Below, in pieces: positions 19,312 to 29,889 of a DNA stretch of 64,000 nucleotides. How positions within the stretch are numbered: the first letter of the stretch is position 1; each line of letters begins with the position of its first letter. The stretch is taken from the NCBI GenBank assembly GCA_038131935.1, contig JAYPQH010000022.1, positions 1 through 64,000 on the forward strand. Reading direction: 5' to 3'. This DNA is from Alphaproteobacteria bacterium (lineage in GTDB: Bacteria; Pseudomonadota; Alphaproteobacteria; UBA8317). The notes under the pieces were generated by a model that saw only the letters and a list, made by a program, of their open reading frames with translations, made no database searches and had not been told where the DNA came from. The position numbers were made by a program, and so were the translations under genes.

Positions 19312-20615
19312 TGGATGCAGGGACACTTGGCATCATCATTGGTTTGGTTCTGCTGATCATTCTGGGAAGCGGCTTATGGGTGGCAATGGCCCTTTTCGGG
19401 GTAGGTTTTTTTGCCATTACAATGTTTTCATCTTCGCCAGCAGGAGCCATCATGGCAACAACAAGTTGGGGGCAATCATGGTCATGGTCGCTTACAGCCT
19501 TGCCGTTGTTTATTTGGATGGGAGAAATCTTATTCCGAACCCGACTTGCAGAAGATATGTTTCGCGGTCTATCCCCATGGATGAGCAAAATCCCGGGTGG
19601 ATTGATGCATGTTAATGTCGTGGGTTCAGGGATTTTTGCAGCAGTTTCAGGTTCATCAGCAGCAACAACAGCAACAATTGGTCGTATCACCATCCCTGAA
19701 TTGGCCAAGCGCGGTTATGATGACCGTATGACGTTAGGAACCCTAGCGGGTTCTGCAACATTAGGGTTGCTCATCCCACCTTCCATTATTTTAATTGTTT
19801 ATGGTGTGGCTGCTGATGTCTCTATAAGCCGACTTTTTATTGCTGGCATTTTACCTGGTTTGGTCCTCATTGGATTGTTTATGGCAACCATCATGATTTG
19901 GGCCCTACTAAACCCTGATAAAACACCACCACCTGAAGCAAGTATGTCACTTAAGGAAAAGTTAAAAGCGAGTGGCAGTTTGTTTCCCGTGTTGATGCTG
20001 ATCATTGGTGTCATAGGTTCTATCTACACAGGTATTGCCACCGCTACGGAGGCCGCTGCGGTTGGTGTCGCTGGCGCCTTGTTTTTATCTGCTGTCACTG
20101 GTTCCATGAGTTGGGCAAGCTTTCAAGAGAGTCTCATGGGTGCAACCAGAACATCTTGTATGATTGCATTCATCCTCGCAGGTGCAGCTTTCTTATCTGT
20201 TGCCATGGGCTTCACCGGCATTCCACGAGAACTGGCTGAATGGATTCGCGGCTTAGAACTCTCCCCCTTAATGTTATTGTTAGCTTTAACTGTTTTTTTC
20301 GCTGTTTTGGGATGTTTTCTTGATGGGATCTCCATTGTCGTTTTAACAGTAGCTGTGATTATGCCCATGATAGAACAAGCCGGCATCGATTTGATATGGT
20401 TTGGTATCTACATCGTTGTTGTTGTTGAAATGAGCCAGATTACACCGCCAATTGGACTGAACTTGTTTGTTATACAAGGCCTAACAAACCGAGACCTGCT
20501 CTACTTGGCACGAGCTGCTTTACCGTTTTTTGGGGTCATGATGATCATGGTTATATTGCTCATATTGGTGCCAGAATTGGCCACATTTTTACCCGACCAA
20601 ATGACCAGAAACTGA
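19311..20615 (+). CDS. dctM: TRAP large permease
   Basis: ALPLFI, GSS.AT, LIPPSI, TATEAA, ITPP.GLNLF; TAATG coupling to dctQ. Confidence 0.95.
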   Translation: MDAGTLGIIIGLVLLIILGSGLWVAMALFGVGFFAITMFSSSPAGAIMATTSWGQSWSWSLTALPLFIWMGEILFRTRLAEDMFRGLSPWMSKIPGGLMHVNVVGSGIFAAVSGSSAATTATIGRITIPELAKRGYDDRMTLGTLAGSATLGLLIPPSIILIVYGVAADVSISRLFIAGILPGLVLIGLFMATIMIWALLNPDKTPPPEASMSLKEKLKASGSLFPVLMLIIGVIGSIYTGIATATEAAAVGVAGALFLSAVTGSMSWASFQESLMGATRTSCMIAFILAGAAFLSVAMGFTGIPRELAEWIRGLELSPLMLLLALTVFFAVLGCFLDGISIVVLTVAVIMPMIEQAGIDLIWFGIYIVVVVEMSQITPPIGLNLFVIQGLTNRDLLYLARAALPFFGVMMIMVILLILVPELATFLPDQMTRN

Positions 20616-21374
20616 TGATCCATCAAATGTTTTGACCTCGATATCAGCGCGCTCAAGGCAAGACCGGACAGAACGTGCGATGGCAATAGCTTCGGGTCCA
20701 TCTCCATGTAAGCATACGGTATCAATGTGCGTGGGTATTTTTTTGCCTGATGCTGTAATAATGGCTCCCGCACGCACCATTTCCACGATCCGGGGACCTG
20801 CGATTTCTGGATCATGGATCATCGCACCGGGTTGAGATCTATCCACGAGTGTCGCATCGTCATTATACGCACGGTCCGCAAAAATTTCTGCAACATGAGC
20901 ACAACCCAATTCTTGCACAGCCTCAGCCTGTGCAGTCGCCGCCAGTACCATAATGATGATGTTTGGCTCGACACTCAACGCCGCTTGGTAAATATCTTTA
21001 GCCAACTGAAGGTCTTCACTTGCCATATTTCCCAAGGCACCATGTAATTTCAAATGCCTTACATGCCCACCTGCCGCGCGCGCCATCCCTTGAGCCGCTG
21101 CTACTTGATACCGAATTTGATTGCAGAGGGTTTTACGTGGCAAGCTAATGCGTCGACGCCCAAAACCCGCCAAATCATCAAAGCCTGGATGTGCACCAAT
21201 GCCAACATTTTTTGCCACAGCCATCGACATGGTTTTCATCATCACATCAGGATCACCTGCATGAAACCCGCAAGCAATATTGGCTGATGTCACAATATCC
21301 AGCAGCGCGTGGTCATCGCCCATTTGCCAGGCACCAAAGCTCTCACCCATATCCGCATTCAAATCAACACGCAT
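20589..21374 (-). CDS. pxpA: 5-oxoprolinase subunit A (LamB/YcsF)
   Basis: DLNADMGESFG, ANIACGFHAGD, GAHPG, HLKLHGAL, CLHGD. Confidence 0.93.
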   Translation of the reverse strand: MRVDLNADMGESFGAWQMGDDHALLDIVTSANIACGFHAGDPDVMMKTMSMAVAKNVGIGAHPGFDDLAGFGRRRISLPRKTLCNQIRYQVAAAQGMARAAGGHVRHLKLHGALGNMASEDLQLAKDIYQAALSVEPNIIIMVLAATAQAEAVQELGCAHVAEIFADRAYNDDATLVDRSQPGAMIHDPEIAGPRIVEMVRAGAIITASGKKIPTHIDTVCLHGDGPEAIAIARSVRSCLERADIEVKTFDGSSVSGHLVG

Positions 21375-21386
21375 TTTACTAGCCCC

Positions 21387-22391
21387 CTATATAGCCGAAA
21401 TAACCCCATCAATCAGATTATACTCCAACAAATTATCAATTGTCTCTAATGCTCGGTGCACATGTAGAAGCTTTTGAGGCAAGCTAAGCCAGATGGACTC
21501 TTGCGCTCTCAAAATATCACGTGCGTCACTATATCTCACAAGTTCAAATTCAAATTCTGCTCCTGTTTTGGATTGTGCAACCTTCACCAAATCTGGTGCG
21601 AGAACCGTTCCTATCCGAGGATAACCCCCAGTTGACTGGCATTCTTGCATCAGAATGAATGGCTGGCCATCACCCGTCATTTGCACATCACCCACCGTAA
21701 TCACTTCTGAAAGAATATGAAGTTGATTCTCTGTTCGGAAGCCTTCTCCCTCAAATTCTAAACCAACGCCCATACGATTGGCACGCTCAGTTTTGTAAAA
21801 TTTGGTTGATATAAATCTTTGGATATTTTGTTCACCGAAGAGATCTGTTTGGAATGAACGGACAAAGCGAAGTGTACCTCCTCCCCCACGCGTTTGAGCA
21901 TCAAGTTGGAGTTCTGCAAAGGATATTGGGTCTTCCCCGATCTCAAGCCATTGGCCTGGCTGGAGAGTTGTCCCTATGGAGGCAAACAAATGTGTTGCAC
22001 GCGAACCTAGAACCTTTGGTACTTCAATGCCTCCACCTAAATGCAAGTAACCAAATATCCCATCTTCACAGACACCAATGTCCAAGACATCACCATCACG
22101 TAAAAGGAAGCTTGTATTCATGGGATAGCTTTTTTGCCCTACCCTAATTGGCATACGGGCTCCAGTTACAGCAGCACGTATGTCACCATGGACCCGAAAG
22201 CGTCCTCCCACCATACACATTTCCAAAACAGCGCAACTTACATCTTGCTGCAATATTGCGGCTCCTTCATGCAGTGCATCGCGATCGGATACACCAGAGG
22301 CTGATAACCCATAAGCTAAGTACCCTTGACGCCCAAGATCTTGGATGGTTGCTGCTGGACCAATATTAAGAACTTCTAAACGAGACTTCAT
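21387..22391 (-). CDS. pxpC: 5-oxoprolinase subunit C (AHS2/KipA)
   Basis: TIQDLGR.G, NRMG, G.VQ...DGQP.IL..Q..GGYP. Confidence 0.88.
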   Translation of the reverse strand: MKSRLEVLNIGPAATIQDLGRQGYLAYGLSASGVSDRDALHEGAAILQQDVSCAVLEMCMVGGRFRVHGDIRAAVTGARMPIRVGQKSYPMNTSFLLRDGDVLDIGVCEDGIFGYLHLGGGIEVPKVLGSRATHLFASIGTTLQPGQWLEIGEDPISFAELQLDAQTRGGGGTLRFVRSFQTDLFGEQNIQRFISTKFYKTERANRMGVGLEFEGEGFRTENQLHILSEVITVGDVQMTGDGQPFILMQECQSTGGYPRIGTVLAPDLVKVAQSKTGAEFEFELVRYSDARDILRAQESIWLSLPQKLLHVHRALETIDNLLEYNLIDGVISAI

Positions 22392-23149
22392 GAAATAATA
22401 TCCACCAAGGCGCCACCAAAACCCCGTTCATCATTATTTTCATAATTTTCCAAGTCTCGCTTACCCACGGCACGATATTGGATTTCGTCACCTGGTTGCA
22501 ACGCAAAAACAGGGTCTCTTTTGGGTTGAAAACAACGAAATGCTGTTTGACCAATATGCCACCAGCCTGTTGGTGTAGGCCCTGAAAAAATAATCAGTTG
22601 TCTTATAGCGGTCACCAAAGCACCCGCCGGCACCATGGGGTTGAGTTGCGATAGTCTTGGGAGGTCCCAATGTTGATCAAGAAGCCCCGTGTAAGGTTGA
22701 CCAGGTGCATAACCAATCGTGAAAACCATTGACCTTACAGATGTTAATTCATGAATAGCATCATCAACATGTAAACCTACCGTCTGAGCTGCATCATGAA
22801 GCTGAGGGGCCAAATCTGTTCCAAAAACACAGGGTATTTCAAAAAGCCGACGCCCTTTGGGTAGAGGAGCATGATACCAATTTTGGGTATCGAGAACGTT
22901 CGATAGCCAAAGATCAACCTCCTTGTCATCATGAACAAATGGATTAACCGCAATAAAAACAGAAACAAGAGACGTAGATGTTTCTGTTACAAAATCTGGT
23001 CGATCTTGTTCCACATAGGACCGAAATGCCAAAGCAGCTTTATTGGCATCTGTCCGAAATTCATCCGCAAACTGAATGATAAAACCGGCCATTCCAAGCC
23101 GGGAGACCCGGGGGAATGGCTCGAGGCTCAACGCTGTGCTTCCTTCCAT
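22388..23149 (-). CDS. pxpB: 5-oxoprolinase subunit B (AHS1/KipI)
   Basis: IG.APG.PY, LPR..P.VPAG, PTGW..IG.T, L.PGD.I. Confidence 0.88.
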   Translation of the reverse strand: MEGSTALSLEPFPRVSRLGMAGFIIQFADEFRTDANKAALAFRSYVEQDRPDFVTETSTSLVSVFIAVNPFVHDDKEVDLWLSNVLDTQNWYHAPLPKGRRLFEIPCVFGTDLAPQLHDAAQTVGLHVDDAIHELTSVRSMVFTIGYAPGQPYTGLLDQHWDLPRLSQLNPMVPAGALVTAIRQLIIFSGPTPTGWWHIGQTAFRCFQPKRDPVFALQPGDEIQYRAVGKRDLENYENNDERGFGGALVDIIS

Positions 23150-24043
23150 GCTTGGACTTGAGCAGCACCGTCAGGATCTGCATTGGTAAACCAATCACCC
23201 ATCTGTGATGACGTAACAAAGACAGTATCATCACGCTGAATAAGCAGATCAATTGCTTTTTCAAATTGATGCGCCACATGGGGAACCCCAATAATATGGG
23301 GATGCAATCCAAAAGTGATAATGCGTACTTGGTGTTCCAATTCTCTCTCAAAAACATCGAGGGTTGCTTGTGTTCTTGTGAGAATTTCATCACTCGCACC
23401 ATGCTGAATAGCATAAATCGGCACATCATTGAGTTCAAATGTAAGGTAACCCCACCATGGGTCCATGTTCTGTCCACATCCAAAAAGGCAGATCATCAAG
23501 AACCCAATCATGAAGAAACTCTACACCATGCTTGCGTAACAAATCTGGTGTCTTCTCTGTCTCACCAAGACCAGCCCCAAGCCATGCTCTCGTTTTTTGA
23601 CCTGATAGTGCCTCCAAACGCTTTAAACAGCGGATAATGACTTCTTCTTCATCATCAACCTGCTTTAAACTTTGCTGGAACCAACCATGGCCCACCAACT
23701 CCCACTCAGCTTGCAGGACCCGATCAGTCAAACGCGGATATACATCACTTACCTGTGCATTCATAAAAGCGGACGCTTTGATGTTGCGTTCTGCCAACAT
23801 CCCCATGATGCGGGGCATACCGCAACGCAAACCATATTCCACCCATGAAAAATTAGGGACATCCGGAGGTGCTGCTGCCACACCATGAGGTGCGGGCAAC
23901 ACACCACGTGGCATTGGGCGTTCTATAGGCCAATATTCAATATTCATACATAGATGGACCAGCAATCTTTTACCATTAAAAGCTGGCAAAGATGGCCGAT
24001 CATCACCAAGTTGGAACGGTATTCGAGGGTTTGAAACAATCAT
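23128..24043 (-). pseudogene. Polysaccharide deacetylase (PuuE-like CE4) split by a frameshift at ~23442
   Basis: N-part (NIEYW, EYGLRCG, ELVGHG, WLG.GL.ET, DW..DDLP) ends GLPY; C-part continues FELND...LHPHIIG.PH; the join GLPY(T)FELND needs one small indel. Confidence 0.8.
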
Positions 24044-24052
24044 GTTTTTTCC

Positions 24053-24838
24053 TTAACGACCCTTAAATTGTGGTGCTCGTTTCTCCATGAAAGCACGACG
24101 CCCCTCAATATAGTCCTCTGAAGCAAAACATGCATTCACGCGTGCTTCGCAACCTTCAACATCTCTCTCATTGGAAGAAAGCAATGTTTGATTGATTATA
24201 TATTTGGTGTTGTTAACCGTCATGGGAGCGTTCGCTGCGATCAATTCAGCCATCTCCCGAACTGTATCAGCTACCTGACCCACACCAACCACGCGGTTAA
24301 CGAGCCCCATACGTAATGCTTCATCAGCATCGAAGCGTCGTGCGGTAAAGAATATTTCTTTGGCATAGGAAGGGCCCACCACATCAACGAGCTTTTTGAC
24401 ACCATCCAAACCATAGCCTAATCCCAATTTTGCGGCAGGAATAGCAAAGCGCGAACCTTCGTCACAAATACGAATATCGCATGATAATGCCACACCTAGA
24501 CCTCCCCCAACACAGTAACCATCAATTTGAACAAGGGTTGGTTTGGGAAATTCAGAGAGCGTTTTATAGGTCAATGATGTGGCTGCATTGTAATGTGCCA
24601 TTGCTTCTTGCGATGAACGCTCTGACTCAAATTTAGAAATATCAGCGCCTGAGACAAAAGCTTTTCCACCTGCACCACGCAATATAAGCACCCGAACACC
24701 GTCATCATCTGCCAATTTGCGTAGGTGTTCTGTTGTACCTTCCCACATCTCTAATGACATGGCGTTTCTTTTTTCTGGATTGTTAAAGGTAATGGTTGCC
24801 CCAGCTCCATCACGGTCAAAAATCAGTTTGTCGGTCAT
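24053..24838 (-). CDS. Enoyl-CoA hydratase/isomerase
   Basis: AFVSGADI, GYCVGGG, PAAKLGL, EG.RAF.EKR.P.FKGR. Confidence 0.93.
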   Translation of the reverse strand: MTDKLIFDRDGAGATITFNNPEKRNAMSLEMWEGTTEHLRKLADDDGVRVLILRGAGGKAFVSGADISKFESERSSQEAMAHYNAATSLTYKTLSEFPKPTLVQIDGYCVGGGLGVALSCDIRICDEGSRFAIPAAKLGLGYGLDGVKKLVDVVGPSYAKEIFFTARRFDADEALRMGLVNRVVGVGQVADTVREMAELIAANAPMTVNNTKYIINQTLLSSNERDVEGCEARVNACFASEDYIEGRRAFMEKRAPQFKGR

Positions 24839-26043
24839 ATGATTTCCTTTTTGCGAAATTGTTGAATGTCATCTTGGGAAAACCCAAGCTGTTGTAGGAT
24901 TTGCTCGGTATGCTGGCCACGGGTTGGGGGTGGAGATGCTATGGAACTGTTGGTCCTAGAGAGTACAAAAGGTTGTCCCACCAAATGCGTGTCTCCACGT
25001 TCCTGCGATTTTATGGGCTGTGCAATTCCCAAATGCTTTACTTGTGGGTTTTCAAATGCATCCTGGATATTATTGATCTCTCCACATGGTACCCCAGCAT
25101 CATTAAGAAGTGTAACCCATTCTTCCGTCGTTCGGGTTGCAGTGATCGCTGCGATTTCAGTATTTAACTCCTCACGATGGTCTGATCTGTCTTTATTTGT
25201 GAGGTAATGTGGATTGTCTATCCAATCTGAACGCTCAAAAGCATGGCATAATCTTTGCCAAATAACCTCACCAGAAACCGCCAAATTAAAATAACCATCT
25301 TTTGTTGGGAATACACCTGTTGGGATGGTTGTGGGATGATTATTGCCTGCTTGACCAGCGACCTCACCATCCATGAGGTAACGAGAAGCCTGAAAGTCCA
25401 GCATGAATAGTTGTGCTTGCAGCAGAGAGGTTTGTACCCACTGTCCTTGGCCCGAATGTTGTCGCTCGTGAAGCGCCACCATGATGCCTTGAAAGGCAAA
25501 CAATCCTGCACATAGATCAGCGATAGGAATACCAACCCGCATTGGCCCTTTGCCTGGCTCTCCCGTGATTGACATCAATCCACCCATGCCTTGTGCAATT
25601 TGGTCAAACCCAGGTCTATCTACATAGGGACCGTCTTGTCCAAAACCAGAAATAGAGGCCAGGATAATACCTTCATTCACCTTGTGAAGTTCCTCAAAAT
25701 TGATACCCAATCTCTTTTTTACGTTCGGACGAAAATTTTCAACGACAACATCTGCCTCTGCGACAAGCTTCATAAAAATCTTGAGGCCTTCAGGATCTTT
25801 CATATCTAATGTCATCGACTGTTTGTTGCGATGCAAATTTTGAAAGTCGAACCCCTCTCGAGGTCCACCAATATTGCCTGCCTCCTTATTTTCCGGTAGC
25901 TCAACCTTGATCACATGAGCCCCCCAGTCTGCGAGCTGTCTCACACATGTCGGGCCTGACCGAACGCGCGTTAAATCAAGAACAACGACGTCTGATAAAG
26001 CTTTGCTAGGTGCATCAATCATCCTCTGAAGCATTGTAACCAT
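24835..26043 (-). CDS. CoA-transferase family III (CaiB/BaiF)
   Basis: VLDLTR...GP, GA.VIKVE, RNK.S..LD.K, ENFRP, SGFGQ.GP. Confidence 0.93.
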   Translation of the reverse strand: MVTMLQRMIDAPSKALSDVVVLDLTRVRSGPTCVRQLADWGAHVIKVELPENKEAGNIGGPREGFDFQNLHRNKQSMTLDMKDPEGLKIFMKLVAEADVVVENFRPNVKKRLGINFEELHKVNEGIILASISGFGQDGPYVDRPGFDQIAQGMGGLMSITGEPGKGPMRVGIPIADLCAGLFAFQGIMVALHERQHSGQGQWVQTSLLQAQLFMLDFQASRYLMDGEVAGQAGNNHPTTIPTGVFPTKDGYFNLAVSGEVIWQRLCHAFERSDWIDNPHYLTNKDRSDHREELNTEIAAITATRTTEEWVTLLNDAGVPCGEINNIQDAFENPQVKHLGIAQPIKSQERGDTHLVGQPFVLSRTNSSIASPPPTRGQHTEQILQQLGFSQDDIQQFRKKEII

Positions 26044-26150
26044 TCCTCTTCATATCAATATCACTCAATTATCCATTTCACATTGTTGTGATGTTGGACC
26101 TTCCCCATTATCAACCAAACTCAATTTCCTAAAACCAACATGCTCCTCAT

Positions 26151-27758
26151 TCATGCGCAGTCCTCTAAAATATAAGACGATGCTTTTTCAGCGATCATGA
26201 TCGTTGGCCCATTTGTATTGCCTGAAGTTACTGTAGGCATAATAGACGCATCAACAACATAACAACCTTCAATGCCGTGAACCTTCAACCTTGGTGACAC
26301 AACAGCAAGACGATCATGACCCATCCGACAAGTCCCGGCAGGATGATACAATGTTGTACCCGTGCGGCGAGCATAATCAAGAAGTTCATCATCTCGTTGG
26401 AAATTTAAGCCTGGTTGAAGCTCCTGATCGATAATACTCGCCATGGTATCATGCGCTACCAGTTGCCTTGCGATTTTCATCCCAGCAACATGTACTGCAC
26501 AATCTCGCGGATCCGTAAGATAGTTATAATGCATAGCAGGAGGGATATGAGGATCTGCGCTTTGAATATGGATCGTACCCCTACTTTCTGGCCGCAATTG
26601 ACAAGGACCCATGGTAAGACCGGGGAACTTGTGAAACGTTCGTCGAACAGGATCATCAAATGTCGCATGAGCGATGGAATATTGTATATCTGGGGCTTCA
26701 AGACCCGGTTCTGTTTTCACGAAGCCCACCATTACTGCTGCAGGAATACTCAGTGCACCACGGCGGTTGTAAGCATAACGGGCCAACTCCCAAAGCAACC
26801 GTGGTCCTTGCACGCGCGTATTCAGCGAATTGGTCTTCTTCGCCTTCCAGCTTAATCTAGAGATGTAATGATCTTGTAAGTTTTCTCCGACCCCTGGCAA
26901 ATGAAGACTTACGGGAATACCAAAGTTGGAGAGGATATTTTTATCTCCTATTCCAGAGAGTTCTAAGATCTGTGGAGACTGAACGGCCCCAGCAGATAAG
27001 ACAACACTTCGTCCTGCTCGCATGTAATGACTTTTGCCATGGCGCGTGAAATGAACCCCCTCAACCCTTTTGCCCTGTAGTTGCAGTTTGGTGACCATCG
27101 CTTTTGTAACCACCGTTAAATTTTCGCGATTTCGAGCTGGTTTAAGGTAAGCCCGTGCAGTGGACATACGCCGTCCACCTTTCATGCTAACTTGCGAATA
27201 ATGCATCCCAGACAGATCACCATTATTGTAATCTGGCGATTGCGCATATCCCTCTGCCATAGACGCCATGGTCAAACGGTCTAGTAATTCCGCATGTTCA
27301 TCTACATCCACCAAATGCAGTGGGCCTTCATGGCCACGGTTTGGATTTTTTTTGTTGGCATAGCCTTCAAGAGCGCAGAATTGCTCTTGGACCTCATCCC
27401 AAGACCATCCGTCACAACCTTGTTGGCGCCACGTATCATAATCAACAGGAGCGCCGCGCACATAAACCATCGCATTGATAGAGCTAGAGCCGCCTAAAAC
27501 TTTTCCCCTTGGAACCGCTATTCTACGGTTCGCTGCCCCTGGCTCTGGTTCTGAGGAGAACATCCAATTCACGGATCCATCAACCATGGTTCTTATATAA
27601 CCCGCGGGAATATGGATCCATGGATGATGATCCGAACCACCCGCTTCCAACAGTACCACGTGATAGCGCCCATTTTGACTGAGCCGATTGGCAAGAACAC
27701 ATCCGGCAGAACCAGCTCCTACGACAATAAAATCAACTTCTTGTGGTAAATCACTCAT
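26151..27758 (-). CDS. GMC-family (choline dehydrogenase-like) oxidoreductase
   Basis: [39 protein letters not shown]...GNTN. Confidence 0.93.
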   Translation of the reverse strand: MSDLPQEVDFIVVGAGSAGCVLANRLSQNGRYHVVLLEAGGSDHHPWIHIPAGYIRTMVDGSVNWMFSSEPEPGAANRRIAVPRGKVLGGSSSINAMVYVRGAPVDYDTWRQQGCDGWSWDEVQEQFCALEGYANKKNPNRGHEGPLHLVDVDEHAELLDRLTMASMAEGYAQSPDYNNGDLSGMHYSQVSMKGGRRMSTARAYLKPARNRENLTVVTKAMVTKLQLQGKRVEGVHFTRHGKSHYMRAGRSVVLSAGAVQSPQILELSGIGDKNILSNFGIPVSLHLPGVGENLQDHYISRLSWKAKKTNSLNTRVQGPRLLWELARYAYNRRGALSIPAAVMVGFVKTEPGLEAPDIQYSIAHATFDDPVRRTFHKFPGLTMGPCQLRPESRGTIHIQSADPHIPPAMHYNYLTDPRDCAVHVAGMKIARQLVAHDTMASIIDQELQPGLNFQRDDELLDYARRTGTTLYHPAGTCRMGHDRLAVVSPRLKVHGIEGCYVVDASIMPTVTSGNTNGPTIMIAEKASSYILEDCA

Positions 27759-28804
27759 TACATTTTCAACCCATTAGACAAAATTTCCGCCCCCATTTTG
27801 GCAACAGGAATTGCCTGAGCCCCTACCTCTGAGGCATTGTCTGCAGAAGCATTACCATCAGCCACCCTCTTACGGATTCCTTGCAAAATGGCTGCAAAGC
27901 GAAAACAATGAAATCCAATCCAGATCTCCCAGTCATCTGGTATAGTGATGCCAGTTTTTTCTGCAAACCTACTGGTTAAATCGCTCTCAGAGGGTACCGC
28001 ACATTCAGCACGATCAATCCCCCCCAAGCCGCCAATTGGCCAATGCGCTTGCATGCGCAGCATGGTACACCAATAGGAGAGATCAACCAGAGGAGGGCCT
28101 AAGGTAGAAAGCTCCCAATCGATGACGGCCAATACATTTTGGTTGTCATCAAACAAAAGGTTATCCAACCTAAAGTCGCCATGCACAACACAACATGCAT
28201 GATCATATACAGGCATAACCTTAGGCAGGGTCTCAATAAGAAACTCCATCTCTGGAAGGGTTTCCATCTCACTGGCGCGGTATTGACGTGTCCAAACATG
28301 GTATTGTCGTTCCAAATATCCCGTTGGTTTGCCAAAACCTTGTAAACCCAAAAGGTCTGGATTTGTGTTGGCCAGTGCCGCCAACACATCAATTTGCGCA
28401 AAATATAGATCCGAACGCTGATGGGAAGGCAATGTTGATAAGGTAGGATCAGTGAAGGTGGTACCCTTTACAAAACCCATCAAAAACCATTTTACCCCAA
28501 GAACCCCTATATCCTCACAAACTGCAATCATGGATGGAACAGGTACATTTGAACCAGCCAAAGCTGACATAACACGATATTCGCGATCCACAGCATGGGC
28601 CGACTTAAGCAATGGACCTGACGGCTGGGTGCGTAAGACGAAGATGCCATGAGAAGTTGTAATTTTGTAAGTCGGGTTAGATTGGCCGACAGAAAACTTC
28701 TCTGTGCCCGTTATCGCGCCTATATCCGTCCCAGCTTGTACAAGCCATGCAGTCAGTTTGTCCCAGGCCCCTGGAACTTCAAGAGGGTTACGAGCATCTA
28801 CCAT
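27758..28804 (-). CDS. Phosphotransferase family protein (ACAD10/11 N-terminal-like APH)
   Basis: [35 protein letters not shown]; AAGGA RBS before ATG 28804 (ORF open from 28882). Confidence 0.9.
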   Translation of the reverse strand: MVDARNPLEVPGAWDKLTAWLVQAGTDIGAITGTEKFSVGQSNPTYKITTSHGIFVLRTQPSGPLLKSAHAVDREYRVMSALAGSNVPVPSMIAVCEDIGVLGVKWFLMGFVKGTTFTDPTLSTLPSHQRSDLYFAQIDVLAALANTNPDLLGLQGFGKPTGYLERQYHVWTRQYRASEMETLPEMEFLIETLPKVMPVYDHACCVVHGDFRLDNLLFDDNQNVLAVIDWELSTLGPPLVDLSYWCTMLRMQAHWPIGGLGGIDRAECAVPSESDLTSRFAEKTGITIPDDWEIWIGFHCFRFAAILQGIRKRVADGNASADNASEVGAQAIPVAKMGAEILSNGLKM

Positions 28805-29138
28805 CAAGTTATTCCTTTCGTTCCGCAAGCCTACATGCCGATCGGTAAGCAGATCAATTTGGGATACCGTTTGGTGTGACAAGACACCTGAGGTTTAGGT
28901 TAGATATGTCAACAAGCATTGATCATAAAACTCAATATTCATGGTCAATCATGCCATAGCAAGTGTAACTTGACGGTATTCATGAGAAAAGTCGATACTT
29001 CCCCCCAATACATTTAAAACTTAACTTTCTCGTGCTTTTATCTTGCAATTATAGCTTTGATAATTGATGTCAGGAAGATACTTTCTACGCGTAAAACATT
29101 TGTTTTTGTAATGGCTTACATTTTTCAAGAAGGAGCAA

Positions 29139-29876
29139 ATGATGCCAAATCGACTCGAAGGACAACGGATCTTGGTGACAGGATCATCACGTGGGCTAGG
29201 GTCATGCTTTGCAAAAGCTATAGCGGAGGAAGGTGGCCAAGTGGTTTTGCATGGTCGAGACGAAAAGAGACTGGCACAGATGGCCGCAAACCTGCCTGGA
29301 AAAGGCCATGAATTCGTATCCGTTGATATTACCGACTATCATGCAGTAAAAAGCGTCATCGGCTCGTTATCTGTGACGGGACTGGTCAATAATGCTGGTA
29401 TCGCTGATACAAAATCACTGCATGAAGCGTCAGAACAGGATGTACGAAACATCTTTGACACCAATTTTTTTGGCAACCTGTTTGTTCTGCAGGCCGTGGT
29501 GCCTCAATTGATATCTCAAGGCGGTGGCGCAGTGGTACATGTTGCCTCAGTTCTTGGGCATAGACCATTACCCCAGGTGGGTGCGTATGCAGCCTCCAAA
29601 GCAGCATTAATACAGATGACCAAGTCAAATGCCATGGAACTTGCGCGCCACCAAATCCGGGTCAATGCGCTGGCACCAGGCTATGTCGTAACGGATATTA
29701 ATCGCGAATTTTTGGAAAGCCCAGCCGCTGATGGCTTAAAGAAAAAGACATTATTGCGCCGCTTTGCCACAGCAGAGGAACTGGTCCCTGCTTTGATTAT
29801 GATGCTTGATCCCCGCAATAGCTATATGACAGGCACAACCATCACCATTGATGGTGGCATGGCCGCTGGACTGTAA
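29139..29876 (+). CDS. Short-chain dehydrogenase/reductase
   Basis: TGSSRGLG, NNAG, YAASK, NALAPG. Confidence 0.93.
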   Translation: MMPNRLEGQRILVTGSSRGLGSCFAKAIAEEGGQVVLHGRDEKRLAQMAANLPGKGHEFVSVDITDYHAVKSVIGSLSVTGLVNNAGIADTKSLHEASEQDVRNIFDTNFFGNLFVLQAVVPQLISQGGGAVVHVASVLGHRPLPQVGAYAASKAALIQMTKSNAMELARHQIRVNALAPGYVVTDINREFLESPAADGLKKKTLLRRFATAEELVPALIMMLDPRNSYMTGTTITIDGGMAAGL

Positions 29877-29889
29877 GAGGAGCCACAAA

